From an uncultured Thermoanaerobaculia bacterium (GTDB taxonomy: Bacteria > Acidobacteriota > Thermoanaerobaculia > Thermoanaerobaculales > Sulfomarinibacteraceae): a stretch of DNA of 64,000 nucleotides. The DNA lies in assembly GCA_964420405.1 (NCBI GenBank), contig CAYQTL010000006.1, positions 11,483 through 75,482 on the forward strand, given 5' to 3'. The notes beneath the pieces are model-generated. The model ran no database searches and was not told the origin of the DNA. It saw only the letters and a program-made list of their open reading frames with translations. The translations under genes and the position numbers were made by a program. Of the stretch, positions 44,240 to 53,375 are shown piece after piece (position 1 is the first letter of the stretch; every line of letters starts with the position of its first letter).

Positions 44240-44456
44240 GACATGTGTCCTTCCTGCGGGCGGCGAGGTGCGCCCGCGGTGCGCACCGGCCGGGGAGCTC
44301 CGACCGGGGAGTGAACGATTTGGTTTTGATTCTCCTTCTCAAGTTCAGTGCCGGCGCCGACGGTGTCAAGTGAGCCGGCTCACACGCGCCTGGAGGAGGG
44401 GACGACCGGGTATGGGTTCGCGGGCGCGAGGGATCCCGGGCTGAGGATGACGTCGC

Positions 44457-45383
44457 CTACAGCTCGGCCAGCTCGCGGATCATCCGCCGCCGCTGGTCGG
44501 CGTCGGGGAGTGGGCCGTAGGCGGCGCCCATGTTGTCGGCCATGTGCGTGACCTTGGAGGTGGCCGGGATCGCGCAGGTCACCGCAGGGTGCGAGACGGC
44601 GAACGTGAGGAAGAGCTGGCCCCAGGTCGCGATGCCGAGCTCGCCGGCCCATCCCGGCAGCTGCCTGCCCCGCACCATGTCGAAGAGGGCGCCGCGCTGG
44701 AAGGGCCGGTTGACGAGCACGGCGACGCCGCGGTCGGCGGCGAGCGGCAGCAGCTCGTCCTCGACCTCGCGGTTGCCGATGTTGTAGGAGAGCTGCACGA
44801 AGTCGAAGCGGTGGCGGCGGAGCAGAGCCGCCAGCTCGCCGTGGTCCCGGCCGTGGGAGGTGGTGACTCCGATGTAGCGGACCTCGCCGTCGGCCTTCAT
44901 CCGCTCGAGCGTCGGGAGGTGGGCCTCCCAGTCCCGCAGGTTGTGGATCTGCATCAGGTCGAACCGCTCGACGCCCCACAGCCTGCGGGAGCGCTCCATC
45001 TGCTCGATGCCCGCCGTCCGGCCGTCCGTCCACACCTTGGTCGCGGCGAACAGATTCCCGCGTCCGGTCCGGTCGAGCAGCTCGCCGAGGACCTCCTCGG
45101 CGGCGCCGTACATCGGGGAGGAGTCGACCAGCTCGCCGCCGAGGTCGAAGAACGTCTGCAGCACCAACAGCAGCCCGTCGCGCCCCGCACCGGGCGGGAC
45201 GTCGAAGGTCCGCGAGGTCCCCATCCCGATCACCGGAATGCGCTCCCCGGTGGACGGGATCGGCTTGGTGATCAGCGTGGTGTCCGTCGCTCGCCCGGGT
45301 TGCGGCAGGACGGATGCGGCGGCGAGGGCGCCGAGGCCCCGCAGAACGGTCCGGCGACTGGGCCCACGGTCATGGGTGCTCAT
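44457..45383 (-). CDS. aldo/keto reductase with twin-arginine signal (308 aa)
   Basis: Internal ATG 45383. Tat signal MSTHDRGPSRRTVLRGLGALAAASVL. AKR motifs LVDSSPMYGAAEEVLG, DLMQIHN, VRYIGVTT. Confidence 0.85.
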   Translation of the reverse strand: MSTHDRGPSRRTVLRGLGALAAASVLPQPGRATDTTLITKPIPSTGERIPVIGMGTSRTFDVPPGAGRDGLLLVLQTFFDLGGELVDSSPMYGAAEEVLGELLDRTGRGNLFAATKVWTDGRTAGIEQMERSRRLWGVERFDLMQIHNLRDWEAHLPTLERMKADGEVRYIGVTTSHGRDHGELAALLRRHRFDFVQLSYNIGNREVEDELLPLAADRGVAVLVNRPFQRGALFDMVRGRQLPGWAGELGIATWGQLFLTFAVSHPAVTCAIPATSKVTHMADNMGAAYGPLPDADQRRRMIRELAEL

Positions 45384-45691
45384 CGCGTACCTCTCTTCCC
45401 CTCCCGGTGCCCTGGCGGCCGGGTACCCTCGCCCGGTCCGCCCGGGGGATGCGGCGGCTTTCCCGCGAACCGATGCGGTGCGGAGGGATCCGGCATCGAC
45501 GCCGGGCCGCTGCACCGACCGACACCTGGCCGGGGCCGCTTGCTGGGGAGCATCTCCCGTCGGAACAACACCTTCGCCCGTGGTATTCGGAACCGGTTTC
45601 GCACCGCGGCGGTGCGGGACGCCCGCCGCTGGCGTCTCCCGTTCGTCCGCGAGCGCGACCGTACGTCCGCGATGCGTAGAATGCGGCCATC

Positions 45692-48148
45692 ATGTGGGAG
45701 ATTCGTCGATCCGTGGTCTCGGGCCGGTCCGGCCGTCTCGCCGCTGTCGTGATGGTGCTGCAGGGATGGTCGGCGGTCCTTCCGGCCCAGGAGGTGACGG
45801 CCACCCCGGTCCCGTCGCCGACCGCCGTCGCGGCGATCGAGGTGGCCGACATCGCCGAGCGGGCGGCGGGTCTCCGCCGCGAGCTCGACAGGGTCGTGCC
45901 CCGGGAGCTCGACACCGGCGCGGTCGACACGGCGGCCGTCGAGATGCCGGCGATCGAGACCGAGATCGCGACGCTCCGGCTGCACCTGGCCGACGCGCTG
46001 GCGGAGCCGGCGTCGCTGCGGGTGCTCAGGGACGAGCGCGTCGCGTGGGGCCTTCTCTCCGCCCGACTCGGTGCGCTCGACGACCGGCTGACGCAGCTCG
46101 CCAGGGAGATCTCGCGCAGCCGTACGCGGGTGGAGGCTCTCCGGGACGAGTGGAGCGCGACCCTCGCGGCGGTCGTCAGCCGCGGAGACCCTCCGGTGGT
46201 CGTCCGCCAGGTCGAGGAGGCGCTCGACACCCTCAGCCGCGCCGAGGGGCTGCTGGGTCAGCGCCTCGACCCGGTGCTCGACGCTCTGGCGCAGGTCGGG
46301 ACCCTGCGCCGCGAGGTGACGACCGCGATCGACACCATCGACCGGAGGTTGAAGGCGTTCGGAACCGACCTGCTGCGACCCGACAGTCCGCCGGTGTGGC
46401 GGCTTCTGGCCGCGGAGACCTCCCATCCCTTCCGCCACGAGCCCCTGGCCGCGACGGTTCAGGGGCGGCTTGCGGAGGTCGGACGCTACGCGCTGTCGCG
46501 CGGGGGGGCGATCGCGATCCAGCTCGTGGTCTGGCTGGCCCTTGGCGTGTGGCTCGCCGCGGTCGGCCGCCGCCTCGGCGAGGCCACGGCCGGCGGTCGG
46601 GCGTTCGAGAACGTGGTCCCGGCGACGCCGTTCACCGCGTCGTTGCTGATGGCGATCGCGGTCGGCATCCCGCTGCACGCCGGCGCCCCGCGTGGTTGGC
46701 GGGAGCTGCTGTACGTGGTGGTGCTCGCGGCGCTGACCCGCCTGGCCGTGGTCGCGCTGCCGCGGCGCACCCTCGGGGCGGTCGCGGCGCTGGCCGCTCT
46801 CGGCGGGCTGCACTGGATCGCGTACGTCATCCCGGACGTCCACCCGGCGGACCGATGGTTGTGGCTGGTGGTCTCCGTTCTCGGCGCGGTGGCGGTGCCT
46901 TCGCTGGCGCGGCGAGTGCTCCCGGCGCTCGGCGGCGGGTCGGGCCGGTGGGTCGCCCTGCGATCCCGACTGCCCCGGCTCGTCTCCCTGGCGCTGGGCG
47001 CTTCGGTGGCGGCGAACCTCGCCGGGCTGGTCGACCTCGCGGTGCTCGTGACCAGCGGGCTCATGATCAGCCTCTACAACGGCGCGGTCCTGTGGATGCT
47101 GGTCCGGATCTTCGACGGCGTCGTGGGCATCGTGCTGCGCACCGGGGGCGCCGGCCGGTCCCGGGTTCTCCGGGACCACGGCGAGAAGGTTCGGGGCGTC
47201 CTGCGGCGGTCGCTGGGCCTGGTGGCCGCGGTGGTGTGGGCGGTGGGGACGCTCAACGCCTTCCTGCTCGGATCGTCCGTCCTCCGACTGGTCCGGCGGG
47301 TGCTCGACGCCGGCTTCACCGTGGGCAGCCTGACGGTCTCCCTCGGGAGCCTCCTCGCGGCCGTCGTCACTGTCTGGATCGCGGTCCTGGTGTCCCGAGT
47401 CCTCCGGTTCTTCTTCGAGGAGGAGGTGACCAGCCGCGTCGCGCTGCCGCCGGGCGTCCCGGCCACCATGTCCCGCCTGATCCACTACGTGGTCGTCGTC
47501 CTCGGGGTCGTCGTCGCCCTCGCCGCGGCGGGGATCGGCGTCGGTCAGCTCGCGATCGTGCTCGGCGCCCTCGGCGTCGGCATCGGCTTCGGCCTGCAGA
47601 ACATCGTCAACAACTTCATCTCGGGGTTGATCCTGATGTTCGAGCGGCCGATCCGCATCGGCGACGTCGTCCAGCTCGGCGCCCTCTCCGGGGTGGTCAC
47701 CTCGATCGGGATCCGCGCCAGCACCGTCCGGACCTGGGACGGCTCCGAGGTGGTCGTGCCCAACGGCACCCTGATCTCCAACGAGCTCGTCAACTGGACG
47801 CTGTCGGACACGTCACGGCGGCTCGAGCTGCCGGTCGGGGTCGCCTACGGCACCGATCCGGAGCGGGTCCTGGAGCTGCTCGTCGCGACCATGAGGGCCC
47901 ACGAAAGGGTGCTGGCCGACCCGGAGCCGTTCGCGCTGTTCGTCCGCTTCGGCGAGTCGTCCCTCGACTTCTCCGCCCGCTGCTGGTGTGCCTTCGACGA
48001 CAGCCTCCGGGTCGCCAGCGACTTGCACGTCGCGTTCCATCGGGCGCTGGCCGAGGCCGGCATCGAGATTCCGTTCCCGCAGCGTGACCTGCACCTGCGA
48101 TCCGCCGACGCCTTCCTCCGCGTGACCGGGCCCGGTCACGAGGGGTGA
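45692..48148 (+). CDS. mechanosensitive ion channel family protein (MscK/MscS-like, 818 aa)
   Basis: N-terminal signal plus coiled-coil periplasmic region, then multiple TM helices, then the MscS core GVGIGFGLQNIVNNFISGLILMFERPIRIGDVV...VPNGTLISNELVNWT. Confidence 0.9.
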   Translation: MWEIRRSVVSGRSGRLAAVVMVLQGWSAVLPAQEVTATPVPSPTAVAAIEVADIAERAAGLRRELDRVVPRELDTGAVDTAAVEMPAIETEIATLRLHLADALAEPASLRVLRDERVAWGLLSARLGALDDRLTQLAREISRSRTRVEALRDEWSATLAAVVSRGDPPVVVRQVEEALDTLSRAEGLLGQRLDPVLDALAQVGTLRREVTTAIDTIDRRLKAFGTDLLRPDSPPVWRLLAAETSHPFRHEPLAATVQGRLAEVGRYALSRGGAIAIQLVVWLALGVWLAAVGRRLGEATAGGRAFENVVPATPFTASLLMAIAVGIPLHAGAPRGWRELLYVVVLAALTRLAVVALPRRTLGAVAALAALGGLHWIAYVIPDVHPADRWLWLVVSVLGAVAVPSLARRVLPALGGGSGRWVALRSRLPRLVSLALGASVAANLAGLVDLAVLVTSGLMISLYNGAVLWMLVRIFDGVVGIVLRTGGAGRSRVLRDHGEKVRGVLRRSLGLVAAVVWAVGTLNAFLLGSSVLRLVRRVLDAGFTVGSLTVSLGSLLAAVVTVWIAVLVSRVLRFFFEEEVTSRVALPPGVPATMSRLIHYVVVVLGVVVALAAAGIGVGQLAIVLGALGVGIGFGLQNIVNNFISGLILMFERPIRIGDVVQLGALSGVVTSIGIRASTVRTWDGSEVVVPNGTLISNELVNWTLSDTSRRLELPVGVAYGTDPERVLELLVATMRAHERVLADPEPFALFVRFGESSLDFSARCWCAFDDSLRVASDLHVAFHRALAEAGIEIPFPQRDLHLRSADAFLRVTGPGHEG

Positions 48149-48220
48149 CGACGGCTCGTTCCGGAGCCTCGCGTGGCGGCGCCGAGCGCCGGACCGCGGA
48201 GGCCAGCTGGCGGGCCCCCC

Positions 48221-49033
48221 TCAGCGCAGCAGCCGTTCCACGAACTCGTGGTCCTCGGGCTCGTCCACGTCCAGCGCCAGCTCCGGCCGCTCGACGAGGA
48301 CCGGCACCACCGTCGCGGCCATCCTTCGAGACGCCAGCCGGGCCATCTGGTCAAGCGTCGTCCGGCCCAGGAGGCGGACCCCCACGAGGTAACCCAGCAG
48401 GAACATGGGGCCCAGGGCGAGTGCGGTCCGCAGCGGGCTCTTGCGGCCCTCGCGCATCCGCTGCACGAGGGCCAGGACGCGCTCCCGCCGCGGAAGCCCC
48501 GTTCCCAGCAGGAGGAGGTTGCCGGAGCAGGCGGCCACGTCGCCGAAGGCGATGGTCGGTTTGGGCGAGCCGTGGAACCTGCCGGTGAAGGCGGAGCCGG
48601 GGACCATCGCCAGGTGCACACCACCTGCGCGACCATCCCCCGCTCCTGCCGACCGCCGCAGGAACTCCGTCACGGCGCCCGGGGTGATGAGCGGGAGGTC
48701 GACCGGCGTGAAGAGCACGGCGCAGGACCCCTGGAAACGGTCGAGCCCAGCAGCCAGGCTCCCGGCGAGGTCCCCGTCGTGCCGGATGTGCTCCACGCCG
48801 ATGGACGTGGCAGCCTCCTCGAGCGAGCCGCGGTGGTCCCCGAGAACCACGATGCGCTCCACCTCGGGAGCGCGCCGCAGCGCGGACGTCACGATCTCGA
48901 GGCAGGTGTGTCCGCCATACCGCAGCAAGGCCTTGGGGCCGGCCTCGTGCGACCGGGAGAGGGTGGCAGCGGCCCGGTCCGCCGCCAGCACGACCGCCGG
49001 CAGCTGCGGCCCGGTCCGTCGAGCCGACGTCAT
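48221..49033 (-). CDS. MobA-like NTP-transferase family protein (270 aa)
   Basis: The ATG 49033 overlaps the upstream stop (ATGA). PAVVLAADRAA...LLRYGGHTCLE resembles the nucleotidyltransferase (NTP_transf_3) N-terminus. The function call is tentative. Confidence 0.65.
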   Translation of the reverse strand: MTSARRTGPQLPAVVLAADRAAATLSRSHEAGPKALLRYGGHTCLEIVTSALRRAPEVERIVVLGDHRGSLEEAATSIGVEHIRHDGDLAGSLAAGLDRFQGSCAVLFTPVDLPLITPGAVTEFLRRSAGAGDGRAGGVHLAMVPGSAFTGRFHGSPKPTIAFGDVAACSGNLLLLGTGLPRRERVLALVQRMREGRKSPLRTALALGPMFLLGYLVGVRLLGRTTLDQMARLASRRMAATVVPVLVERPELALDVDEPEDHEFVERLLR

Positions 49034-49527
49034 CCGAGCGGCGTCGACAGCACGAAGTCGGTCTCCGGGCTCGGCTCGTGGCACCCGAAGCAGGCCTCGA
49101 CCGGGTCGACCCTCTTCGGTTCCCCCTCTGCGTCGAGCATGACGAAGTGCCAGCCTCCGGTCGCGTGGGTCGTCTGCGAGCCGGCGTCCTTCTCCATCAA
49201 GGTGTACGCGACGAGGTCGCCTTCCTGGTAGCGGCCCTCGGCGGTTTCGCCGGGGGCGTACACCTTGCCGACGAACACCGTGCCGTCGGGGTACTCGTCG
49301 CTGCCGCCGTTGCGGAAGATCTCCCTCCCCCGATCGTCGACGTAGAAGTGGTGGAAGCCGTGGATCGGGCTCCCGGCGTCCGGCACGACGAGGGTGTTGA
49401 CGTGCTCGAAATCGTCGAGGTCCTCCGGGAGTGACGGCGCGTCCCCGTGGCTCATGGCGAAGAGCACACCCGACACGGCGAACACCCCGAGCACCCCGCA
49501 GAGGGTCGAGTACAAGGGACGGTTCAT
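49030..49527 (-). CDS. cytochrome P460-family haem protein, secreted (165 aa)
   Basis: ATG 49527 after AAGGAG. Signal anchor MNRPLYSTLCGVLGVFAVSGVLFAMS. C-terminal haem-binding CFGCH (CxxCH) in the position typical of the P460 family. HHFYVD...GGWHFVM. Confidence 0.75.
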   Translation of the reverse strand: MNRPLYSTLCGVLGVFAVSGVLFAMSHGDAPSLPEDLDDFEHVNTLVVPDAGSPIHGFHHFYVDDRGREIFRNGGSDEYPDGTVFVGKVYAPGETAEGRYQEGDLVAYTLMEKDAGSQTTHATGGWHFVMLDAEGEPKRVDPVEACFGCHEPSPETDFVLSTPLG

Positions 49528-49678
49528 GGTCGCAGCTCCTTTCCGTCGTCCATGATGGTGCCGCCCGTCGGCCGCGGCCTGCATCAGGCGGGTCAGGAGT
49601 CGAGGATGGGGACAGAGCCGAGGCGGAGCCTGCGCACGTTGGTACGATTTCGGTGAGTCTCACGGACGGAGAGGCGGG

Positions 49679-50158
49679 ATGGAGCCACTGGTCGCGATCG
49701 ATGCGGGTGCTCATCGGGTGCTCTTCTGGCTCCTCGTGACGGTCGGGGTCGCGCTCGGCGTGGTGGTCTACGCGGTGTTGCGATGGCCCGGGGCGCGTCG
49801 GAGCCAGTTCAGGGGATGGGGGCGGGCATCGCCGGCGGTCGCGGTCGGGGCCGCGCTCCTCGTGGCGGCGCCGGTCGTCGCCTACGCGTACCGCTCCAGC
49901 TGGTCGCACTTCTACCGGGCGGGGCTGGACGGCGCGCACCTGGTGCTCGGGTACGAGACGCCGGTGCGGACCGTCGTCGTGGCGGTGGAGCATGTGGCCG
50001 CGATCGAGGCGGAGGCACACGACAGGAAGAGCGGTCCGAGATATCGGATCGTGGTCATGACCCGCGACGGCGAGAGGTTCACGAGCCAGTTGATGGCTGG
50101 GCCGCGGGCGGAATCCAGTCTCGAGGCCCTCCGGGCGGGACTCGGTCAGCCCCGATGA
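49679..50158 (+). CDS. membrane protein, two TM helices plus small soluble (bPH-like) domain (159 aa)
   Basis: High GC3 throughout. Two hydrophobic helices (VLFWLLVTVGVALGVVVYAVL; AVAVGAALLVAAPVVAYA). ATG after GGAGAGGCGGG. Confidence 0.65.
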   Translation: MEPLVAIDAGAHRVLFWLLVTVGVALGVVVYAVLRWPGARRSQFRGWGRASPAVAVGAALLVAAPVVAYAYRSSWSHFYRAGLDGAHLVLGYETPVRTVVVAVEHVAAIEAEAHDRKSGPRYRIVVMTRDGERFTSQLMAGPRAESSLEALRAGLGQPR

Positions 50159-50287
50159 TCGTCGAGGGTCATCGGCCGTGGCCCGTGGCGGGCACCTGGG
50201 CGCAGCAGCCCGGCAGAGCGCCTGCGTCGCGCACGCGCGGCGGCGGGCCGATGCCGCGGAGTCGGAGCGGCGACCGGAAGCGCACGC

Positions 50288-51349
50288 TCACGTTCCGGAC
50301 GGACCGGGCGGGGCCGGTGTCGCCACCGACAGGGGAGAGACCGCCATCCCGTCCGGCTCGGCGCCCGCGCGCAGCAGCCCGACGACCTCCCAGCTCTCCA
50401 GGTCCACCACCGAGATCACGTCGCCGTTGGCGTGCGCCACGTAGGCCCGCTTCCCCGAGTCGTCGACCACGATGCCGATCGGCACTGAGCTCGAGCCGAA
50501 CCGGTCTCCGAAGAGCCGGTCCTCCACCACGACGTCGTCCCCGAGGTCGAAGGCGATCCGGCGCTCGAGACGGGGCGGGTCGGTCGCGAACACGGTGACG
50601 TCGTCGGAGCGGGCGCCGGTGACCAGCACGTGTTGACCGTCGGGGGTCGCGACCGCCCGGATCGGGAAGGACGGGCTGTCGATGGTGGCGACCGTCTCGA
50701 GGGTCGTGGCGTCGAGCACGGTGACGGTGTCCTCGGCCCGGTTGGTCACCCACACCTGGGCGCCGTCCGGCGTCACCGCGACCCCCTCCGCGCCCTCGCC
50801 GGTGGCGACGTGGACGGGGGCCGACCGGCCGCGGAGATCCAGGGCGGTCACGGTGCCGGATCCGATGTTGGCCACGAACGCGCGGCCGCCGTCCGGCGTC
50901 ACCGCGACCATGTGGGAGATCTCCTGGTCGGTCGGCAGCACGCGTTCGACCTTCCTTGCCTCGATGTCGACGAGGAGCAGCGAGCGGCTCGCCTCGGTGG
51001 TGACCACCAGCTTCCGCGGACCGACGAACCGCATCCCGTGGGGCCGGCGGTGCTCGCCGAGGTCCACCGTCTGCACCACCTCGCCGGCGGCTACGTCGAC
51101 CACCGTCAGCGAGCTCCCCGGGGCGTCCCGTGTGCCGTAGTCGCCGACCACGGCGAGCATGCCGTCAGGGCTCACCGCGACCTCGTGCGGGCCGTTCCCT
51201 GTCGCCACCGTGACCCGCACCTCGCCGGAGCCGAGGTCGACGAGCGACGCGGTCGCCTCGGACTTGTTCGCGACCACCAGCGTGGCGGCGGATGCGCCCG
51301 AGGCACTCAGCAGCAGGGCGAGAACCAGCGTCCTGGGGTCGACTCGCAT
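50288..51349 (-). CDS. YVTN/YncE-like beta-propeller repeat protein, secreted (353 aa)
   Basis: Signal peptide MRVDPRTLVLALLLSASGASAAT. Repeated blades with GxxPHGVAVSPDG-type motifs (GNGPHEVAVSPDG, AEGVAVTPDG, SHMVAVTPDG, AEPDGMAVSP). Confidence 0.9.
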   Translation of the reverse strand: MRVDPRTLVLALLLSASGASAATLVVANKSEATASLVDLGSGEVRVTVATGNGPHEVAVSPDGMLAVVGDYGTRDAPGSSLTVVDVAAGEVVQTVDLGEHRRPHGMRFVGPRKLVVTTEASRSLLLVDIEARKVERVLPTDQEISHMVAVTPDGGRAFVANIGSGTVTALDLRGRSAPVHVATGEGAEGVAVTPDGAQVWVTNRAEDTVTVLDATTLETVATIDSPSFPIRAVATPDGQHVLVTGARSDDVTVFATDPPRLERRIAFDLGDDVVVEDRLFGDRFGSSSVPIGIVVDDSGKRAYVAHANGDVISVVDLESWEVVGLLRAGAEPDGMAVSPLSVATPAPPGPSGT

Positions 51350-51404
51350 GGCACGTCCTCCCGGCCAGTCAACCTGCTGCCCCCGAGCCGTCTTCCCCGG
51401 CAGG

Positions 51405-51447
51405 TTGACGCCGGCCGATATTCGAGTTAATGTTATTCACATGAATA
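51405..51447 (+). promoter_or_regulatory. promoter and palindromic operator of a probably leaderless tetR gene
   Basis: TTGACG (51405..51410)-N17-TAATGT (51428..51433), which places the predicted TSS at or next to the ATG at 51441. The palindrome TATTCA-CA-TGAATA (51434..51447) straddles the start codon. A further 10-bp inverted repeat GTCAACCTGC / GCAGGTTGAC lies at 51368..51377 and 51400..51409. Confidence 0.5.
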
Positions 51448-52037
51448 CGGGTCCACGACATGCCCGCCGGTACCGCATGCGGGTCCGCGCCGAGTCCGCC
51501 GCGGCGACCGGGCGGCGCATCCTGGACGCCGCGATCCGGCATTTCGGGGGGCGACCGTACGACGACGTGACCCTCAACGACGTGGCGGAGGAGGCGGGAG
51601 TCACCGTGCAGACGGTCCTGCGGCGCTTCGGCTCCAAGGAGGGCCTGGTCGACGCCGCCGCCGAGCGCGGCGCGGAGCAGGTCCGGGCGGCGCGATGGGC
51701 GACGTCCCAGGGCGACGTCGACGCGGCGGTGCGGGGGCTCGTGGAGCACTACGAGCAGTGGGGCGACCGCAGCCTGCGCTTGCTCGCCCAGGAGGAGCGG
51801 GTCCAGGCCCTGCGGCGCGTCACCGACGCGGGCCGCCGGCTCCACCACGAGTGGGTCGAGCATGCCTTCCGGCCGCAGCTCGAGGCCGTGTCCGGGGCGC
51901 GCCTGCGGCGGCTTCGCGCTCAGCTGATCGCCGTGACGGACGTGTACGTCTGGAAGATTCTCCGCCGGGACCTGGGGCTGGGCCCCGCCGAGACCGCCCG
52001 GGCGATCCGCGAGCTGGTCGCCTCGGTCGTCGGGTGA
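51441..52037 (+). CDS. TetR/AcrR-family transcriptional regulator (198 aa)
   Basis: HTH VTLNDVAEEAGVTVQTVLRRFGSKEGL. Internal ATG of track ORF 51159..52037. Confidence 0.9.
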   Translation: MNTGPRHARRYRMRVRAESAAATGRRILDAAIRHFGGRPYDDVTLNDVAEEAGVTVQTVLRRFGSKEGLVDAAAERGAEQVRAARWATSQGDVDAAVRGLVEHYEQWGDRSLRLLAQEERVQALRRVTDAGRRLHHEWVEHAFRPQLEAVSGARLRRLRAQLIAVTDVYVWKILRRDLGLGPAETARAIRELVASVVG

Positions 52038-52047
52038 GGAGGAGCCG

Positions 52048-53289
52048 ATGGCGAAGGTCCTGGCGTACACCTCTCCCACCCGCGGGCATCTCTACCCCCT
52101 GGTCCCCACGCTCGACGAGCTGTGCCGGCGGGGGCACGAGGTGGCGGTGCGCACGATGGCTTCCGAGGCCTGGCGCCTGTCCGCGAAAGGCTGGTCGGCG
52201 CGAGCCGTCGACCCGGCTGTGGAGGCTCGCGAGATCGACGACTGGAAGGCCCGCACCCAGCCGGGGGCGCTGCTGGCGGCGGGCCGCACCTTCCTCGACC
52301 GCGGCGGTCACGAGATCGGCGATCTGCGGCGAGCCATCGGGCTCGAGCGTCCGGACCTGCTCGTGGTGGACGTCAACAGCTGGGGGGCGGCGGCCGCCGC
52401 AGAGGCGTCGGGCCTTCCATGGGCCTCGTTCGCGCCGTACTTCATGCCGGTCCGGGCTCCCGGGGTTCCGCCGTGGGGCCTCGGCCTTCCTCCGCGACAG
52501 GACCTCCTGGGACGGTGGCGGGACGCGGTGCTGTGGAAGGTCGTCGAGGGGCTCTTCGACCGTGCGCTGCCCGGGCTGAACGAGCTGCGTGCCGAGGTCG
52601 GCGTGGCGCCGTTCCGGCATGTGCCGGAGCTCGCGACCCGTGCGCCTCTGGCGCTGATGCTCACGGCCGAGCCCTTCGAGTACCCACGGTCCTGGCCGCC
52701 GAACGTCCGCCTGGTCGGTCCGGGCCTGTGGGAGCCGGAGGGGGAGGAGCCGACCCGCCCGAAGGACGACGGTCGCCCCCTGGTGCTGGTCACCTGCTCG
52801 ACCGAGTATCAGGACGACGGCAGCCTGGTCCAGGTCGCGCTCACGGCCCTGGCCGACGAGGCGGTCCGCGTCGTCGCGACCACCGGCCCGCTCGACCCGG
52901 ATGCGCTCCCCAGGCCGGCGAACGCCAGGGTGGAGCGGTTCCTGCCGCACGGCCCGCTCCTGCGGACGGCCGCGTGCGTGGTGTGCCACGGCGGCATGGG
53001 AATCACGCAGAAGGCGCTGGCAGCCGGCGTGCCGGTGTGCGTCGTCCCGTTCGGTCGCGACCAGGTCGAGGTGGCGCGGCACGTCGAGGTCGCCGGCGCC
53101 GGAACGAGGGTGTCGCCACGTCGGCTGAGCCCTGCGCGGCTTCGCAGCGCGGTCCACGGGGCGATCGCGCGGCGTCCCGCGGCAGCACGCATCGCGGAGG
53201 CGTTCCGCCGCGCAGGCGGTGCGCCCGCTGCCGCCGATGCGCTCGAGAAGCTCCTCGCGAACGGAGCGCCCGGAGGTCGGAGGGCATAG
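52048..53289 (+). CDS. GT1-family (MGT/UDP-glycosyltransferase-like) glycosyltransferase (413 aa)
   Basis: ATG after GAGGAGG, 10 nt after the tetR stop. N-terminal SPTRGHLYPLVP and C-terminal CHGGMGITQKALAAGVPVCVVP donor-binding motif. Confidence 0.9.
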   Translation: MAKVLAYTSPTRGHLYPLVPTLDELCRRGHEVAVRTMASEAWRLSAKGWSARAVDPAVEAREIDDWKARTQPGALLAAGRTFLDRGGHEIGDLRRAIGLERPDLLVVDVNSWGAAAAAEASGLPWASFAPYFMPVRAPGVPPWGLGLPPRQDLLGRWRDAVLWKVVEGLFDRALPGLNELRAEVGVAPFRHVPELATRAPLALMLTAEPFEYPRSWPPNVRLVGPGLWEPEGEEPTRPKDDGRPLVLVTCSTEYQDDGSLVQVALTALADEAVRVVATTGPLDPDALPRPANARVERFLPHGPLLRTAACVVCHGGMGITQKALAAGVPVCVVPFGRDQVEVARHVEVAGAGTRVSPRRLSPARLRSAVHGAIARRPAAARIAEAFRRAGGAPAAADALEKLLANGAPGGRRA

Positions 53290-53368
53290 ATGGTGGATGG
53301 ACTTCGGGCGCCCCACGACGCCCGCAAGGCATCGCCGATCCGCTCCGTGCGCCTACCCATGTACGCCC
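53269..53368. repeat. short (~100 nt) copy of the palindromic element found at 62432..62599
   Basis: CCCGGAGGTCGGAGGGCATAGATGGTGGATGGACTTCGG matches the left terminus of the long copy, with about 5 mismatches in 39 nt (hand count). It then joins directly to a right-arm-like segment GCGCCCCACGACGCCCGCAAGGC. The TAG stop codon of the glycosyltransferase gene lies inside it. Confidence 0.6.
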
Positions 53369-53375
53369 CGCGGGA

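Noticed and set aside
44941-48087. 1048-aa + strand ORF overlapping the aldo-keto reductase and MscS genes
   Set aside because: It is an off-frame artefact (Arg/Pro/Gly runs). The MscS frame (45692..48148) carries the conserved channel core.
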